From the NCBI GenBank assembly GCA_036231405.1, contig JAZAHK010000046.1, positions 7,567 through 71,566 of the forward strand: 64,000 nucleotides of DNA, written 5' to 3'. The translations under genes were made by a program, and so were the position numbers. Below the pieces are notes generated by a model. The model ran no database searches and was not told where the DNA came from. It saw only the letters and a list, made by a program, of their open reading frames with translations. Positions 31,473 through 41,181 of the stretch are shown here, piece by piece. The first letter of the stretch is position 1. Every line of letters begins with the position of its first letter. Source of the DNA: Nitrospinota bacterium (GTDB lineage: Bacteria; UBA8248).

Positions 31473-31473
31473 A

Positions 31474-32547
31474 ATGACAAAAAAATTCTTAATAATTCGT
31501 CTCGGAGCGATAGGTGATATAGTTCATTCTTTACCTATTGCCTCAGCGATCAAGGATTCTAACCCCAATGCTGAGATTGTTTGGCTGGTAGAATCTTCGT
31601 ATTCTGAAATACTAAAAGGCAATCCAGACATTGATCGGGTTTTAACAATAGACAGCAAACTGTTAAGGAAAAATTTCGATATCCAAAGGTTGTTGAGTTT
31701 TTTTGGTACACTTAAAGAGTTAAGAGATTTTAAACCAGATGTTGCAATGGATCCGCAGGGACTCATTAAGAGTGGGATTTTATCATTTATTTCTGGTGCG
31801 AAGACCCGTATTGGTTTTGAACAGCATCTTTGTAGAGAGAGAGCAAATGCTTTTTTTTCAACGGATTATGCGTCTCCTTCTAATTCCAAGACACATGTTA
31901 TTAAAAAAAACCTTTCATTATTAAAACCATTAGAAATTCCTATCCCCGAACCTAAAGATTTTCGTTTCCCATTGATTGAAACAAAGGATGAATTCGAAAA
32001 GGCTGAGTCCTTTTATTCAGATAATAATTTAAAGTCTAATCGACCTATTCTAATTGTTCATCCGGGTGGAGGTTGGGTAACAAAACAATGGGATCCGAGT
32101 CGTTTTGCTGCGATTGCTGATTTTTGGATTGAACTGACGAGAGGGATGGTTCTTATGACATGGGGACCTGGGGAGTGTGAAATAGTTGAAGAGGTTTCAA
32201 ATTCTATGAATGAAGATGGATTGATCTCTCCTTTATGTGGTATTCGAGAAATTATTTCGTTAATAAGGAGAGGTGATTTTTTTTTAGGAGGTGATACAGG
32301 ACCTTCTCATTTAGCTGCAGTTTTGGGTTTAGAATGTCTGACATTGATGGGCCCAACAGATCCTCAAAGAAATCGTCCCTGGGGTGAGAAGAATTCGTTT
32401 CTCTATCATCCGCTTGCATGTAGCGAGTGTTATCTAAGAAAATGTAACTACATTGAGTGTATGTCTTCAATTAGCATAGAAGAGGCTAAAAATGCACTAG
32501 AAAAAATGTGGAAAAGAAAACAAAAAAAGCATTTAACTATAATGTAA
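31474..32547 (+). CDS. ADP-heptose:LPS heptosyltransferase (GT9; likely heptosyltransferase I, WaaC-like)
   Basis: 357 aa. N-terminus MTKKFLIIRLGAIGDIVHSLP and C-terminal GGDTGPSHLAA. Confidence 0.8.
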   Translation: MTKKFLIIRLGAIGDIVHSLPIASAIKDSNPNAEIVWLVESSYSEILKGNPDIDRVLTIDSKLLRKNFDIQRLLSFFGTLKELRDFKPDVAMDPQGLIKSGILSFISGAKTRIGFEQHLCRERANAFFSTDYASPSNSKTHVIKKNLSLLKPLEIPIPEPKDFRFPLIETKDEFEKAESFYSDNNLKSNRPILIVHPGGGWVTKQWDPSRFAAIADFWIELTRGMVLMTWGPGECEIVEEVSNSMNEDGLISPLCGIREIISLIRRGDFFLGGDTGPSHLAAVLGLECLTLMGPTDPQRNRPWGEKNSFLYHPLACSECYLRKCNYIECMSSISIEEAKNALEKMWKRKQKKHLTIM

Positions 32548-32572
32548 ATTTTTTAAACTTTAGGAGACAAAG

Positions 32573-32767
32573 GTGAGTATAAGTGAAGATTTTCTTTCAG
32601 TTCTTGCATGCCCTATCTGCAAAAAGCCTCTTGAACTTAGTGATGATGGAAATTTTTTAATCAGCAGAGAATCTAAAAAAGTATATAGAATTGACGAAGG
32701 GATACCAGTCTTACTTGTGGATGAAGCCCTTGATTTGGAAGAATGGGAAGGTAGCCAAACAAAATAG
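32573..32767 (+). CDS. Trm112-like small protein (DUF343/YcaR family)
   Basis: 64 aa from a GTG start. Zinc-ribbon-like LACPICKKPL...EGIPVLLVDEA. E. coli ycaR sits in the msbA-lpxK-ycaR-kdsB operon, so the LPS context is conserved. Confidence 0.7.
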   Translation: MSISEDFLSVLACPICKKPLELSDDGNFLISRESKKVYRIDEGIPVLLVDEALDLEEWEGSQTK

Positions 32768-32813
32768 ATGTTTTCGTAACAGTTCGATCACGACTATATA
32801 AGAGCATTGTAAA

Positions 32814-33575
32814 ATGGGCAAAAAAGTCTCTGTTGTAATAGTTACCAAGAATGAGGAATCTAATATTTCTGAATGTATTAGAAGTGTTTCTTGGGCGGAC
32901 GAGATTATTGTTGTTGATTCAAGTAGTGAAGATAGAACTTGTGATCTTTGTAGAGAATTGGGAGCTACTGTTATTGAAAGAAAGTGGAATGGTTACGCTG
33001 AACAGAAAAATTTTGCTATCGAACAGGCTAAAAATAGTTGGGTCATCAGTTTGGATGCTGATGAAAGAGTCTCATATGATTTGAAAGAAAGACTTTTGAA
33101 CACACTCGATAAAAATAGTAAATATGCAGGATATAGATTTCCTCGGAAGAATATTTTTTTTGGAAAATGGCTGAAAAATGGAGATTTGTGGCCTGACTAT
33201 CAAGTAAGGCTTTTCAGGAAAGGAAAAGGTTTTTTTAACGATAGAGAAGTTCATGAATCTGTTCAGGTAGATGGTGAAATTTGCAAACTAAACGAGCCTA
33301 TTCTGCATTATAGTTATCAAAGTGTCTCTGAATTCTTTCAACGTCAAAAGGATTACGCGATTTTGTCCGCAAAGGAAAGTTTGAAAAAAGAAATCACTTA
33401 TAAAAGTTCAGATATTTTTTTCCGTCCATTATGGAGATTTTTTCACAGTTATTTCATTAAGTCAGGGTGGAAAGATGGTTTCGAAGGATTTATAGTCTGT
33501 GCAGGTTTAGCATGGTACGTTTTTATGAGATTTGCCATTATTTTGGAGTTGAAGAGGAAGAATGAGGTCTCTTAA
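32814..33575 (+). CDS. Family 2 glycosyltransferase, WaaE/KdtX-like (LPS core)
   Basis: 253 aa. VSVVIVTKNEE...ADEIIVVDSSSEDRT...LDADE (DxD) pattern. Confidence 0.8.
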   Translation: MGKKVSVVIVTKNEESNISECIRSVSWADEIIVVDSSSEDRTCDLCRELGATVIERKWNGYAEQKNFAIEQAKNSWVISLDADERVSYDLKERLLNTLDKNSKYAGYRFPRKNIFFGKWLKNGDLWPDYQVRLFRKGKGFFNDREVHESVQVDGEICKLNEPILHYSYQSVSEFFQRQKDYAILSAKESLKKEITYKSSDIFFRPLWRFFHSYFIKSGWKDGFEGFIVCAGLAWYVFMRFAIILELKRKNEVS

Positions 33576-34656
33576 AATAATCCATACAGAAGCTTCAAAG
33601 GGTTTTGGTGGGCAAGAAAAAAGAATTTTATTAGAATCTACTTCTTTGATTGATAAAGGACATGAAATTCTAATTGTTGGTCAACCTAATGGAGAATTAG
33701 GTGCAAAGGCTAAATCAAAATCAATCCCTTTTCGTCAGCTAAGAATGAGATTTTCTTGGGATATAGTATCTTTTTTGAAATTTATTTTAATAATTATAAA
33801 ATTTAAGCCTGATCTAATTCATACACACAGTAGTATAGATAGTTGGATTGCCGGTTTGGTTGGTCGTTTGATGAGGGTTCCTGTTTTTCGAACTAGGCAT
33901 GTTTCTGTTCCTATTAGGGCGCACGCTTTTAATTTAGTTTATCGTTTGCCTAAAAAGATTTTTACAACTGCAGAGGTTATAAAAAAATTACTGATTACTT
34001 CAAAATCTTGTGATCCTTCGAAAATTATTGTTGTACCAACTGGTGTCGATACCTCAGTTTTTAAGAAGGAAATTTCGAAGAGTCTTTTTAAATCAGAAAT
34101 GCAGGTTCCGGAAAACACTTTACTAGTAGGAATGGTGGCCCAACTTAGAGGTAGTAAAGGTCATTTAGATTTTTTGGAAGCCATTCGTGAGTTGTCTATG
34201 GATAAAGTCAAATTCTATATTGTTGGTGATGGCGAAGGAAGAGCCCTCTTCGAGAAAAAAGCAGAGGAATCGAACTTATTGAATAAAAGAGTGTTTTTCC
34301 TAGGATATAGAGATGATATTCCTACAGTTATGGCTGGACTTGACCTACTTATAATTGCTTCTACAAGAACAGAAGGAATCCCTCAAGTTGCTTTGCAGTC
34401 TATGGCTATGGGTGTTCCAATAGTAGGAACTAACATTGGTGGAGTGCCAGAGGTTCTTTTTCCATCAGGTGCTGGTCTAGTTGTACCCTCTGAAAGTAGC
34501 TCAGCTTTAGCAAGTGGAATGAAAATTTTACTAAAAAATCAAAATATTAGAGAAAGAATGGGAAAGATGGGGCAAGAATATGTTATGAAAAATTTTAGTC
34601 TTGAAAGTATGATCAAAAAAACTTTATTTTTATACGAAGAGGCTATTTCTGATTGA
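33562..34656 (+). CDS. Family 4 (GT-B) glycosyltransferase
   Basis: 364 aa. E-x7-E motif EGIPQVALQSMAMGVPIV. Confidence 0.8.
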   Translation: MRSLKIIHTEASKGFGGQEKRILLESTSLIDKGHEILIVGQPNGELGAKAKSKSIPFRQLRMRFSWDIVSFLKFILIIIKFKPDLIHTHSSIDSWIAGLVGRLMRVPVFRTRHVSVPIRAHAFNLVYRLPKKIFTTAEVIKKLLITSKSCDPSKIIVVPTGVDTSVFKKEISKSLFKSEMQVPENTLLVGMVAQLRGSKGHLDFLEAIRELSMDKVKFYIVGDGEGRALFEKKAEESNLLNKRVFFLGYRDDIPTVMAGLDLLIIASTRTEGIPQVALQSMAMGVPIVGTNIGGVPEVLFPSGAGLVVPSESSSALASGMKILLKNQNIRERMGKMGQEYVMKNFSLESMIKKTLFLYEEAISD

Positions 34657-35792
34657 GATCGCTAAACATAATTCAAATTATTTCTAGTCCATGGTGGACT
34701 GGTGCTTCTGAGCCCGCAGTGCAACTTTCTCTTGGTTTATCAAATTTAGGGCATAATGTTAATTTTTCTTGTATCTTGGGTGAAGATTTAGAAAAAAAGG
34801 CGGAGAGATATGGGCTGAAGGTTGTTAGACAATTTGTACCTACTCGTAATCTTAATCCCTTTGAAATCGTGAATTTCGTGATTTCTTTTGCAAGGTATTT
34901 GGACGATTCAAAGATAGACATTATTCATACACACCTTACTGCTGATCATTGGTTAGCAACTTTCTCTAGAATGTTAGCAAAAAACTCCCCAAAGATTATT
35001 CGTACTATTCATAATTCTAGAGTTTCAAGAAGCTCCTTTCTTGATCATTATCTTTTAGGGAGGTGTAGTGACAAATTGATTGCAGTTAATAGATATATAA
35101 AAAATTTTCTGCACCGCAAGTTAGAAATTCCTTCACAGAAAATTGATGTAGTACAAGGTGCAGTTGATCTTAAAAAATTCAATCCTGAGAAAAGAATTGA
35201 AAATAGAAAAATAGGAAGAGAAATTTTAAGGGTTGGTGAGGAATTTTTTGTTATTGGAATAGTTTCTAGATTAGCATCAGATAGAGGGTATGATTTTCTT
35301 TTAAAAGGATTCAAAAAAGTAAGTATGGATTTTACAAACGTTAAATTGGTAATTATTGGGAAAGGTGAGTTTTTGCCAGATTTGCACTATAAGGTAGAAC
35401 AACTAGGATTGAATCAAGCAGTTTCTTTTGCTGGGTACCATGAAGATGACTTGGTTGAAGTTTTATCCGCATTGGATTTATTTACGCTAATGGCACCTGG
35501 TTCTGAAGGAAGTTGTAGGGCTGTTTTGGAAGCGATGGCTATGGGATTACCTAGTGTAGTTACTAACCTGAAGGGTCTAGACGAGGTGGTATTACATAAA
35601 AAAAATGCGTATTTAGTCCCATACGGTGATGAAAAAAAATTAATTGAATCATTTAAAAAAATTATTATTGATGAAGATATGCGTGATTTTTTTTCGAAAA
35701 ACGCTAGAACCCATGTCGAAAAATTGTTTGATAGAGGATATCAATCAGAAAAAATTGAAACAATTTACAGAGAGGTTTTAACTGATCTATGA
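34653..35792 (+). CDS. Family 4 (GT-B) glycosyltransferase
   Basis: 379 aa. EGSCRAVLEAMAMGLPSV motif. Confidence 0.8.
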   Translation: MRSLNIIQIISSPWWTGASEPAVQLSLGLSNLGHNVNFSCILGEDLEKKAERYGLKVVRQFVPTRNLNPFEIVNFVISFARYLDDSKIDIIHTHLTADHWLATFSRMLAKNSPKIIRTIHNSRVSRSSFLDHYLLGRCSDKLIAVNRYIKNFLHRKLEIPSQKIDVVQGAVDLKKFNPEKRIENRKIGREILRVGEEFFVIGIVSRLASDRGYDFLLKGFKKVSMDFTNVKLVIIGKGEFLPDLHYKVEQLGLNQAVSFAGYHEDDLVEVLSALDLFTLMAPGSEGSCRAVLEAMAMGLPSVVTNLKGLDEVVLHKKNAYLVPYGDEKKLIESFKKIIIDEDMRDFFSKNARTHVEKLFDRGYQSEKIETIYREVLTDL

Positions 35793-35813
35793 TTTTTTGT
35801 TTTAGGAGAATTT

Positions 35814-37553
35814 TTGAAAAAACGTTTTGTTTTAAAAAATCTTTTCTTTTATCTCAAATCTTATAAAGTCCGCTTTGGAGTTGCGGTTTTATGTACATTA
35901 GTAGTTGCAACTCTCAATGCGTTTCCAGCTTTACTTGTAAAATATGCCGTTGATGATGTTTTAATTTCTAAAAATATGCAAATGGCGATTTTTCTTTCAG
36001 TTGCTTTGATTTCGATTTATTTGCTTAAGGGTACTTTCTCATATTTTCAAAGCTATTTTATGGAATGGGTAGGACATAGGGTTGTTGTGGATGTTCGTTC
36101 TAGACTTCATTCTCATATGATGTCTCTTCCTATTCATTTCTTCGAACAAAAAACCACAGGGGAATTAATGTCGAAAGTGTTGTTCGATATTTCTTTAATG
36201 CAGAAAGCAGTGTCTAGTTCCTTACGAGATCTTGCGCGATATTTCTTTACTTTTATTGCACTACTTGTAGTTGCTATTTACCAGAGTCCTAAAATGTCAT
36301 TCTTCTTTGTTATAGCTGTCCCTCCAATTTCTTTGATTGTTTTTCGTCTTGGGGAGAAAATACGTCGTGCAACTAGAGGTAATCAAGAACGCATGGGAGA
36401 TATAAGTAGCTTGATGAAGGAAACATATTCTGGAATAAAAGAAGTCAAAGCTTATGGTGCAGAGAAGATTGAAGAAGCTCGGTTTGACAAATCTAATTTT
36501 TCATTTTTTGTTAATATGAAGAAAGTTCTTCGCGTAAGAGCATTGGCTCCACCTTTAGTAGAAGCTATCGGGGGAGTCATAGCAGCTGTAGTTTTATGGT
36601 TTGGTTCTATGATGGTCATTAATGGAGAAATAACTCCTGGAGAATTTTCGAGTTTTTTGGTTGCAGTTGGCATGATTTATAGTCCCTTAAAATCTCTCAC
36701 AAGAGTTTACAATAATATGATGGAAGGTGTTGCTGGTGGCCAGTCAGTTTTTGAACTTATTGATAATGAGCTTTCAGAAGAGGTAGTAATCAAGTCTAGG
36801 AAAATGGGAAAGCTGACTGATGGTATCAAAATACAGAATGTGAGTTTTGAGTATGGTAGTGTTCCAGTCTTAAGGGATATAAATTTTGAGATAAAGTGTG
36901 GGTCACTGGTTGCATTTGTCGGATTAAGTGGGGCAGGAAAAACAACTCTTCTAGATCTAATCCCACAATTTTATTTGCCATCAAGTGGGAAAATTCTTTT
37001 TGATGGGGTAGATGCTAGAGAATTGGATATTAGAAGCATTCGTAAACAAATAGCCATGGTTGCACAACAAGTTTTCATCTTTAATGATACTGTTGAGAAG
37101 AATATATCCTATGGTTTTAAGGAAGAACCTAATTTTGAAGATATTGTTTCTGCTGCAAAAGCTGCTAATGCAGATTCTTTTATCAAGGCAATGCCGGATG
37201 GATATAATACGATTCTTGGAGAAGATGGGGTTAGAATATCTGGTGGAGAAAGACAGCGAATTGCAATAGCACGTGCGATACTTAGGAACCCATCTATTCT
37301 TTTATTAGATGAGGCTACAAGTGCCCTTGATTCGGAAAATGAGTCTTTGATACAAGAGGCCCTTGATCGTCTCATGAAAGGAAGAACGACATTGGTTATC
37401 TCCCATAGATTCTCTGCTGTTCAACATGCGGATGAAATTGTTGTTCTTAAGGATGGTTCTATAGTGGAACAAGGAGTGCATAATGAACTGATCCAACTGA
37501 ATGGACATTACAAAAAATTATATGAAATGCAAGTAGAAGATACTCGTTCATAG
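35814..37553 (+). CDS. msbA: Lipid A / lipid flippase ABC transporter (fused TMD-NBD)
   Basis: 579 aa. 6-TM domain plus NBD with Walker A GLSGAGKTT, signature ISGGERQRIAIARA, Walker B LLLDEATSALD. Embedded in the LPS glycosyltransferase cluster. Confidence 0.85.
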   Translation: MKKRFVLKNLFFYLKSYKVRFGVAVLCTLVVATLNAFPALLVKYAVDDVLISKNMQMAIFLSVALISIYLLKGTFSYFQSYFMEWVGHRVVVDVRSRLHSHMMSLPIHFFEQKTTGELMSKVLFDISLMQKAVSSSLRDLARYFFTFIALLVVAIYQSPKMSFFFVIAVPPISLIVFRLGEKIRRATRGNQERMGDISSLMKETYSGIKEVKAYGAEKIEEARFDKSNFSFFVNMKKVLRVRALAPPLVEAIGGVIAAVVLWFGSMMVINGEITPGEFSSFLVAVGMIYSPLKSLTRVYNNMMEGVAGGQSVFELIDNELSEEVVIKSRKMGKLTDGIKIQNVSFEYGSVPVLRDINFEIKCGSLVAFVGLSGAGKTTLLDLIPQFYLPSSGKILFDGVDARELDIRSIRKQIAMVAQQVFIFNDTVEKNISYGFKEEPNFEDIVSAAKAANADSFIKAMPDGYNTILGEDGVRISGGERQRIAIARAILRNPSILLLDEATSALDSENESLIQEALDRLMKGRTTLVISHRFSAVQHADEIVVLKDGSIVEQGVHNELIQLNGHYKKLYEMQVEDTRS

Positions 37554-37636
37554 ACACCTTATTGATATGTCTTTAGTTAAAAACTCTAATTAAAATTTTT
37601 AATTCTTTAGATCTAACCTTACAAAGTGAAAGAATT

Positions 37637-38785
37637 ATGAAAATAGCATTGGTGAGGTCTTCTATTCAGCGTTCTGGAGGTGTTGGAAGGTATGTTTGGC
37701 ATCTGGCTAATGAACTTTCGAGAGCCGGACATGAAGTTCACGTTATAACTCGCAAATTTGATGATTTTGAAAACAATTCAATCGAAATTCATCAAATTAA
37801 TTTCCAGATCTTTTTTTCATTCTTGAAAGTTATCTTTTTTAATAATCGAGTTGAAAAAATTTTGCGTAAAGAGTCTTTCGATATAGTTCACTCATTTGAC
37901 CGTTTCAATAATTGTGATTTATACCGTGCAGGTGAAGGGTTACACAGAGAATGGCTCTCTATCTCAAGCAGATTTCTGCCACGATGGAAATCTTTTTTTC
38001 GTATGATAAACCCCTTGCATCCTCTATTATTATCGTTAGAAAAGAAAATATTTTTAGGCTCATCTGTTTCTATGGTAACCGCAATTAGTAAAAAAGGCAG
38101 AGAGGAGATTTCTCGTCATTTTGGAATAGAGAATACTCCAGTTATATATAATGGAGTGAATACGGAAGAGTTTTATTTGCCTGATGGAAAGGATCGTTTG
38201 TCTGTAAGGAATGAACTAGGATTAAGTGAAGAAGCCTCTCTTGTTTTGTATATAGGCGGTGGTTTTTTTCGTAAAGGTCTTAGTTTTCTTATAGATGGAT
38301 TTGCAAAACTTCCAATCCAGACTAGAGAAAAAACTTTTTTATTGGTTTTAGGTAGAGGGTCTTTAAATTCTTATATGAAAAAAGTTAGGAAACTAAATGT
38401 TCAAAAAAACGTCCTTTTCTTAGGGTCTTCAGATGAAACAGGGAGATTTTACAGAGCTTCGGATGTTTTTATTCTACCTTCACTATACGAACCTTTTGGA
38501 AACGTTTGTTTAGAAGCTCTATCCAGTGGTCTTCTATGTATTTTTTCTTCTAAGTGTGGTGGGGCAGAAATAATTACCGATGGCAAAAATGGCTTTATTC
38601 TTGAAAATCCTACAGATTCTGATGAAATTTCAAAATTGCTGAAGAATTGTTTAACTCTTACTAATAAGGAATCTGTCTCTAAATCTGCTAGAGAACTGGC
38701 ACTGGAATACACACTAAATTTAAATATGAAAGAAACAGAAAAACTTTATTTTGATCTGTACAAAAAGAAAAGGGATAAAAGTTGA
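37637..38785 (+). CDS. Family 4 (GT-B) glycosyltransferase
   Basis: 382 aa. N-terminal GGVGRYV and EPFGNVCLEALSSGL motifs. Confidence 0.8.
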   Translation: MKIALVRSSIQRSGGVGRYVWHLANELSRAGHEVHVITRKFDDFENNSIEIHQINFQIFFSFLKVIFFNNRVEKILRKESFDIVHSFDRFNNCDLYRAGEGLHREWLSISSRFLPRWKSFFRMINPLHPLLLSLEKKIFLGSSVSMVTAISKKGREEISRHFGIENTPVIYNGVNTEEFYLPDGKDRLSVRNELGLSEEASLVLYIGGGFFRKGLSFLIDGFAKLPIQTREKTFLLVLGRGSLNSYMKKVRKLNVQKNVLFLGSSDETGRFYRASDVFILPSLYEPFGNVCLEALSSGLLCIFSSKCGGAEIITDGKNGFILENPTDSDEISKLLKNCLTLTNKESVSKSARELALEYTLNLNMKETEKLYFDLYKKKRDKS

Positions 38786-39912
38786 AATTACTTTTATGTG
38801 CACCAGTCTATCCTCCATCAGTTGGCGGTGTACAAACACTTTCAGCCAGGATAGCTGGAGAGTTATCCGAAAGAGGTCACGAAGTTCAAGTTATTGCTAG
38901 AGGGATAAGCAAAGATTCTGAAATAGACAAAGAAAATAAACTCGTTCGTGTTCTACGTATAAGTTTCAAACCTTTTATTTCCCCCATTTTATTTTACTTT
39001 GTCTTGTTTAGAAGACCTCAAGTTTTATTATTGACTCATCGTGCAGATTTTTTACGGTTTGCAATCCTCATAAAAAAAATATTTAGAATTCCCTTTGTTG
39101 TGATAATTCACGGGAATGAAATTTACGGGTCCCCTAGAAAAGAAAAATTGAAGGAAAGTCTAAATAAATCTAGTGCTCTAATCGCAGTAAGCGAGTACAC
39201 AAAAAATCGACTTGTATCATTAGGATTTCGTGATGATAAAATTTTTTCAATAAGGAATGGGGTCTCTTATTCTAATTTTGGACCTGACAGTGAAGGCGAA
39301 ATACTTCGTGAAGATCTCGGGTTTTCTGAAAACAAGATTTTATTATCAGTGGGTCGTCTTCAACTGGTTAAGGGTTTTGATTGTGTTATACGTTCTTTAC
39401 CTATAATCGTTAAGAAGTACCCGAATATTGTTTATGTCTTGGTTGGTGATGGTCCTGAAATGCAGAATCTTAAGACATTAGCTAAAGAGTTAGATGTTTC
39501 TGAAAGGGTGGTTTTCGTAGGAGAGATTCCTTATGGAAAGATGGGGAGAGGTAGATATGCCTATTATCAAGCATGTGATATTTTCTTAATGCCTAGTAGA
39601 ATAGATTATAAAGACAATTCAGTTGAAGCCTTTGGGATTGCTCATCTTGAGGCCGGTGCTTGTGGCAAACCTGTAATTGGTGGGTTTTCGGGTGGTTCTC
39701 CTGAAGCAGTTTTAGATGGAGAAAATGGTTTCTTGGTCAATCCTGAAAATCCAGATGAAATTGCATCCGCCGTTTTGAAAATTTTCAATTCTCCTTCTTT
39801 ATCTGATTCTATGGGAGAGAAGGGAAAGGAACTAGCAAGAGAAAGTAATTGGTCTAATGTGGTGAAAAATTATGAAAAACTACTTTTACAAATAGTGAAG
39901 CCTGAGGCTTAA
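38782..39912 (+). CDS. Family 4 (GT-B) glycosyltransferase
   Basis: 376 aa from a TTG start. PPSVGGVQT and EAFGIAHLEAGACGKPVI motifs. Confidence 0.8.
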   Translation: MKLLLCAPVYPPSVGGVQTLSARIAGELSERGHEVQVIARGISKDSEIDKENKLVRVLRISFKPFISPILFYFVLFRRPQVLLLTHRADFLRFAILIKKIFRIPFVVIIHGNEIYGSPRKEKLKESLNKSSALIAVSEYTKNRLVSLGFRDDKIFSIRNGVSYSNFGPDSEGEILREDLGFSENKILLSVGRLQLVKGFDCVIRSLPIIVKKYPNIVYVLVGDGPEMQNLKTLAKELDVSERVVFVGEIPYGKMGRGRYAYYQACDIFLMPSRIDYKDNSVEAFGIAHLEAGACGKPVIGGFSGGSPEAVLDGENGFLVNPENPDEIASAVLKIFNSPSLSDSMGEKGKELARESNWSNVVKNYEKLLLQIVKPEA

Positions 39913-39927
39913 AATGAAAGAGGTCTC

Positions 39928-41181
39928 ATGAAAATTTTTTTAGCAAATCGAGGTTTCTATTCAAAAATTTCTTTTTTATGTCTTATGGCTTATCTTTTTT
40001 TCGCTCCTTTTTCGATCTCAATCTCACAAATTTTTATTTTTTCCGGTATTATCTCATGGTTCATCTCATTTAATCGTGAAGTGAAAGTTACATCACTGAG
40101 GTTTCCTTGCTCGCTTCCAATCATTTTGTTTGTTGTCTTTACACTTTCTAGTGCTTTTACTTCAAAAGAACCTTTTGAAAGTATTATATCTTCAAGGGAT
40201 ATTTTCCAATTTCTTATTTTTTATTTCATAATAAATACAATTAATACTCAAAAAGAGATTCCTTTTTTATTAAATATACTCCTTCTTTCAACTAGTATTG
40301 TCAGTTTGTATGTACTGACTTCGACTTTTTTAGATCCTATAAGTTTAGCGAACAGAAAATCTGGTTTTTTCAGTATATATATGACACTAGGTGGATTCCT
40401 TGTGATTGTTATGTCCATAACAATCACTTACTTAATTTCCAACGTTAGCAAAGGTTACAGATTATGGATTTTTTCTGCACTTATATTAATGTCAGTATCG
40501 ATTTTGGCAACTTTAAGTCGTAATGCCTGGGTAGGTTTGTTTATATCTCTAATTCTCATTTTATTGATTACTCGAAATAGGACTTTATTAATTGCATTTA
40601 TTGGGATGCTATTAGTGCTTTTATTGATATCTCCTGATTCTGTAATGAAGAGGATTAAGAGCATAGGGAATTTTCAAGATCCCACGATGATAGAAAGAAC
40701 AATAATGTGGAAAAGTGCATTTAAAATGATTCTTTCTAATCCATTTTTAGGTTTTGGACCAGGGTTGGTCAAAAAAAATTATTACAAAAATATTTATGTT
40801 GACCCGAATCTCCCTACTGTAATAGGTTCAGATGGAATTAAGGTTAATGTTCTTCCAGACGGAGTAGAAATAAAAAAATATCGTGGTCATTTGCATAATA
40901 ATTTTTTACATTTAGGCGTAGAAAGAGGATTGCCAGCCATGTTCTCATGGCTATTACTTTGGGTTGTTTTCTTTTTCAGAGCGACAAGGAATTATTTACA
41001 AAAGAAAGAAAGTAGCCTCATTCTTTCTTTAAGTGCCATTGCTGGGATTGTCTCGCTGTCTGGTTTCCTTTCTTCAGGAATGTTTGAATATAATTTTGGA
41101 GATTCCGAAGTTTCAATGCTTATGTTTTTTGCCCTATCTCTTCCTTTTCTGTGTCGTAACCAAGTTATCGAAAAACACTAG
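39928..41181 (+). CDS. O-antigen ligase family protein (WaaL-like, Wzy_C domain)
   Basis: 417 aa. Polytopic (about 10-12 TM) with a large periplasmic loop containing RGHLHNNFL (conserved Arg/His of O-antigen ligases). Terminal gene of the GT cluster. Confidence 0.65.
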   Translation: MKIFLANRGFYSKISFLCLMAYLFFAPFSISISQIFIFSGIISWFISFNREVKVTSLRFPCSLPIILFVVFTLSSAFTSKEPFESIISSRDIFQFLIFYFIINTINTQKEIPFLLNILLLSTSIVSLYVLTSTFLDPISLANRKSGFFSIYMTLGGFLVIVMSITITYLISNVSKGYRLWIFSALILMSVSILATLSRNAWVGLFISLILILLITRNRTLLIAFIGMLLVLLLISPDSVMKRIKSIGNFQDPTMIERTIMWKSAFKMILSNPFLGFGPGLVKKNYYKNIYVDPNLPTVIGSDGIKVNVLPDGVEIKKYRGHLHNNFLHLGVERGLPAMFSWLLLWVVFFFRATRNYLQKKESSLILSLSAIAGIVSLSGFLSSGMFEYNFGDSEVSMLMFFALSLPFLCRNQVIEKH

